DNA from: an uncultured Pseudomonas sp.
Lineage (GTDB): Bacteria; Pseudomonadota; Gammaproteobacteria; Pseudomonadales; Pseudomonadaceae
Assembly: GCA_964396695.1 (NCBI GenBank)
Contig: CAYNGZ010000001.1
Location: 7,347-60,263 of the forward strand
Length of the DNA: 52,917 nt
Direction of reading: 5' to 3'
The notes below the pieces were generated by a model, which saw only the letters and a program-made list of their open reading frames with translations, was not told the origin of the DNA and made no database searches. Numbering within the stretch: position 1 is the first letter of the stretch; every line of letters starts with the position of its first letter. The translations under genes were made by a program, and so were the position numbers. Of the stretch, positions 51,117 to 52,917 are shown one piece after another.

Positions 51117-52917
51117 GTGTTTGCCAATTTATTAATCATCCTCGCCTCATCATTGGTGGTGATCGCGTTGTTTCGGCGTCTTCAACTTCCTCCCGTGCTG
51201 GGCTATCTGTGCGTAGGGCTGCTTGTAGGACCGACCGCATTCGGCTGGGTGAACGACAGCAAGAACCTGCCGGACCTCGCCGAGTTGGGTGTGGTCTTTC
51301 TGTTGTTCTCTCTGGGGCTGGAGTTTTCCCTGTCGAAAATGCTCGCGCTGCGGCGTGTGGTATTTGGTCTTGGCAGTCTGCAAGTGCTGTGCTCGGGCAT
51401 GTTGCTGGGCAGTTTGCTCATGGTGCTCGGCATGCCCGCTACCCCGTCCCTGTTGCTCGGAGCCGGTCTCGCGCTATCGTCCACGGCGATTGTCAGCAAA
51501 GAGTTGGGCAGCCTCGGCGAGATTTTCAGCCGTCACGGCCAGAATGCCATTGGCGTGCTGTTGTTTCAGGATGTGGTTGCGGTGTTGTTGCTGACACTGG
51601 TCCCGGTGTTCGCCGGCAGCAGCGATCAAGCCTGGTACTGGGCGTTGCCGATCACTCTGGGGAAAACCCTGATGCTGTTCGTCGGCCTGTTGCTGGCCAG
51701 TCGCTGGCTACTGCCACGACTGTTCCACGAAGTCGCCGCTTCACACTCCGCCGAATTGTTCGTCCTGCTGGCACTGGTCATCGTTTTGCTGACAGCCTGG
51801 CTGACTCACCTGCTCGGACTCTCCCCTGCCCTTGGAGCCTTCCTTGCCGGCATGTTGTTGGGCGAGAGCCATTACCGGCATCAGATCGAAGCCGATATCC
51901 GCCCGTTCCGTGACATTCTGCTTGGACTGTTTTTCGTCAGCATCGGCATGCTGATCGACCTGCAGCTGTTCGCCAGTCATGGCCTGCTGATCCTCGGCCT
52001 GACCGTGGGGTTGCTGCTGATCAAGGGAAGCATCGTGACGGTTCTGGTCAAATGGCGCGGCAGTGACGGCGAAACCGCCTGGCGCAGCGGCCTGGCCTTG
52101 GCGCAAGGCGGTGAATTCTGCTTTGCGCTGATGGCGCAGATGCAGCAGAACAAACTGATGCCTGCCGAGTTAAGTGCTCTGTTGCTGGCCGCAACCTTCT
52201 GTTCGATGGTGCTGACGCCACTGTTGCTACGCGCAGCGCCAGGCATTGCCGCACGCTTGCACCGCAAACCCAATGATGAAGCGCAACTCGATCAGGTCGC
52301 TGCGTTGAACGCAGAATTGCACGGGCATGTGGTGATTTGCGGCTACGGCCGGGTGGGTCAATCCATCGGACGCTTTCTGCGTCGTGAAGAGCAGCCCTTC
52401 GTTGCGCTGGACGATGATCCGGTGCGTGTTCATCAAGCCGCGGCGGGTGAAAGCTGCGTGCATTATGGCGATTCCCGTCGCGGGGAGTTGCTGGGTGCCG
52501 TAGGACTTGAGCGCGCACGATTGCTGGTGATTGCTGTGGACAAGACCGATATCGCCCTGGCCGTGCTCAACGCAGCACGACGGATAAACACTGAGGTCCC
52601 GATACTGGTTCGAACCCGCGACGATAGCCAACTGAGCGAATTGAAGGCGGCGGGGGCCAATGAGGTCGTCCCGGAATTGCTGGAGTCGAGTCTGATGCTC
52701 GCGTCCCATGCACTGATCATGCTGGGTTTGCCCCACCAGCAGGTCCAGGACCGCGTTGACGAAGTACGACATGGCCGCTATCGCCTGCTGCACGGTTTCT
52801 ATCACGGAGCACAACGCAATCTGCTGGACAATCGTGGGCAGCCAAAACGGTTTATTCCTGCGGTTAAACTTGCCAATACCCCCCAATCCTTCTGTCCCCC
52901 CCTTACAGCAGCGTGCC
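51117..52917 (+). CDS. Monovalent cation:proton antiporter-2 (KefB/KefC/YbaL-like), 3'-truncated
   Basis: Absent from ORF track because no stop in window; GTG 51117 MFANLLII..LPPVLGYL..AELGVVFLLFSLGLEFS..LFQD..QGGEF..ICGYGRVG (TrkA-N). Confidence 0.92.
   Translation, partial: MFANLLIILASSLVVIALFRRLQLPPVLGYLCVGLLVGPTAFGWVNDSKNLPDLAELGVVFLLFSLGLEFSLSKMLALRRVVFGLGSLQVLCSGMLLGSLLMVLGMPATPSLLLGAGLALSSTAIVSKELGSLGEIFSRHGQNAIGVLLFQDVVAVLLLTLVPVFAGSSDQAWYWALPITLGKTLMLFVGLLLASRWLLPRLFHEVAASHSAELFVLLALVIVLLTAWLTHLLGLSPALGAFLAGMLLGESHYRHQIEADIRPFRDILLGLFFVSIGMLIDLQLFASHGLLILGLTVGLLLIKGSIVTVLVKWRGSDGETAWRSGLALAQGGEFCFALMAQMQQNKLMPAELSALLLAATFCSMVLTPLLLRAAPGIAARLHRKPNDEAQLDQVAALNAELHGHVVICGYGRVGQSIGRFLRREEQPFVALDDDPVRVHQAAAGESCVHYGDSRRGELLGAVGLERARLLVIAVDKTDIALAVLNAARRINTEVPILVRTRDDSQLSELKAAGANEVVPELLESSLMLASHALIMLGLPHQQVQDRVDEVRHGRYRLLHGFYHGAQRNLLDNRGQPKRFIPAVKLANTPQSFCPPLTAAC

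Noticed and set aside
52850-52917. Odd C-rich end of the antiporter gene
   Set aside because: Probably low-quality contig end; not treated as a fusion or pseudogene

Overview
Pseudomonas (fluorescens-group-like) chromosomal segment carrying one pyoverdine locus: mbtH, pvdH, the 13-kb chromophore NRPS pvdL, sigma factor pvdS with a Fur box, and a pvdY-like acetyltransferase, with four PvdS iron-starvation boxes. It also holds the dsbRS-dsbDEG disulfide cluster, an atu acyclic-terpene cluster lacking atuB/G/H, and a housekeeping block (exonuclease, ppnP, MOSC protein, cheV, His-less Hpt, HK/RR, moeA-moaB-mobA, lipoprotein, pseudouridine synthase, a LexA-box gene, glutaredoxin, CPA2 antiporter running off the end). 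The main accessory element is a ~6-kb orphan T6SS cassette (vgrG, DUF4123 adaptor, Cys-rich lipoprotein immunity, Tle2-like lipase) directly downstream of pvdL. It is bracketed by a 34-bp direct repeat (31/34 identical) whose right copy encodes the phosphopantetheine-attachment motif of the last PvdL carrier domain, suggesting the toxin cassette entered by recombination into the 3' end of the siderophore NRPS. Other scars are a probable clean atuB deletion and a decayed yegS 3' remnant next to a small phage-like membrane protein gene. Gene names and family calls come from recognising motifs and recalled synteny; no database searches were run.
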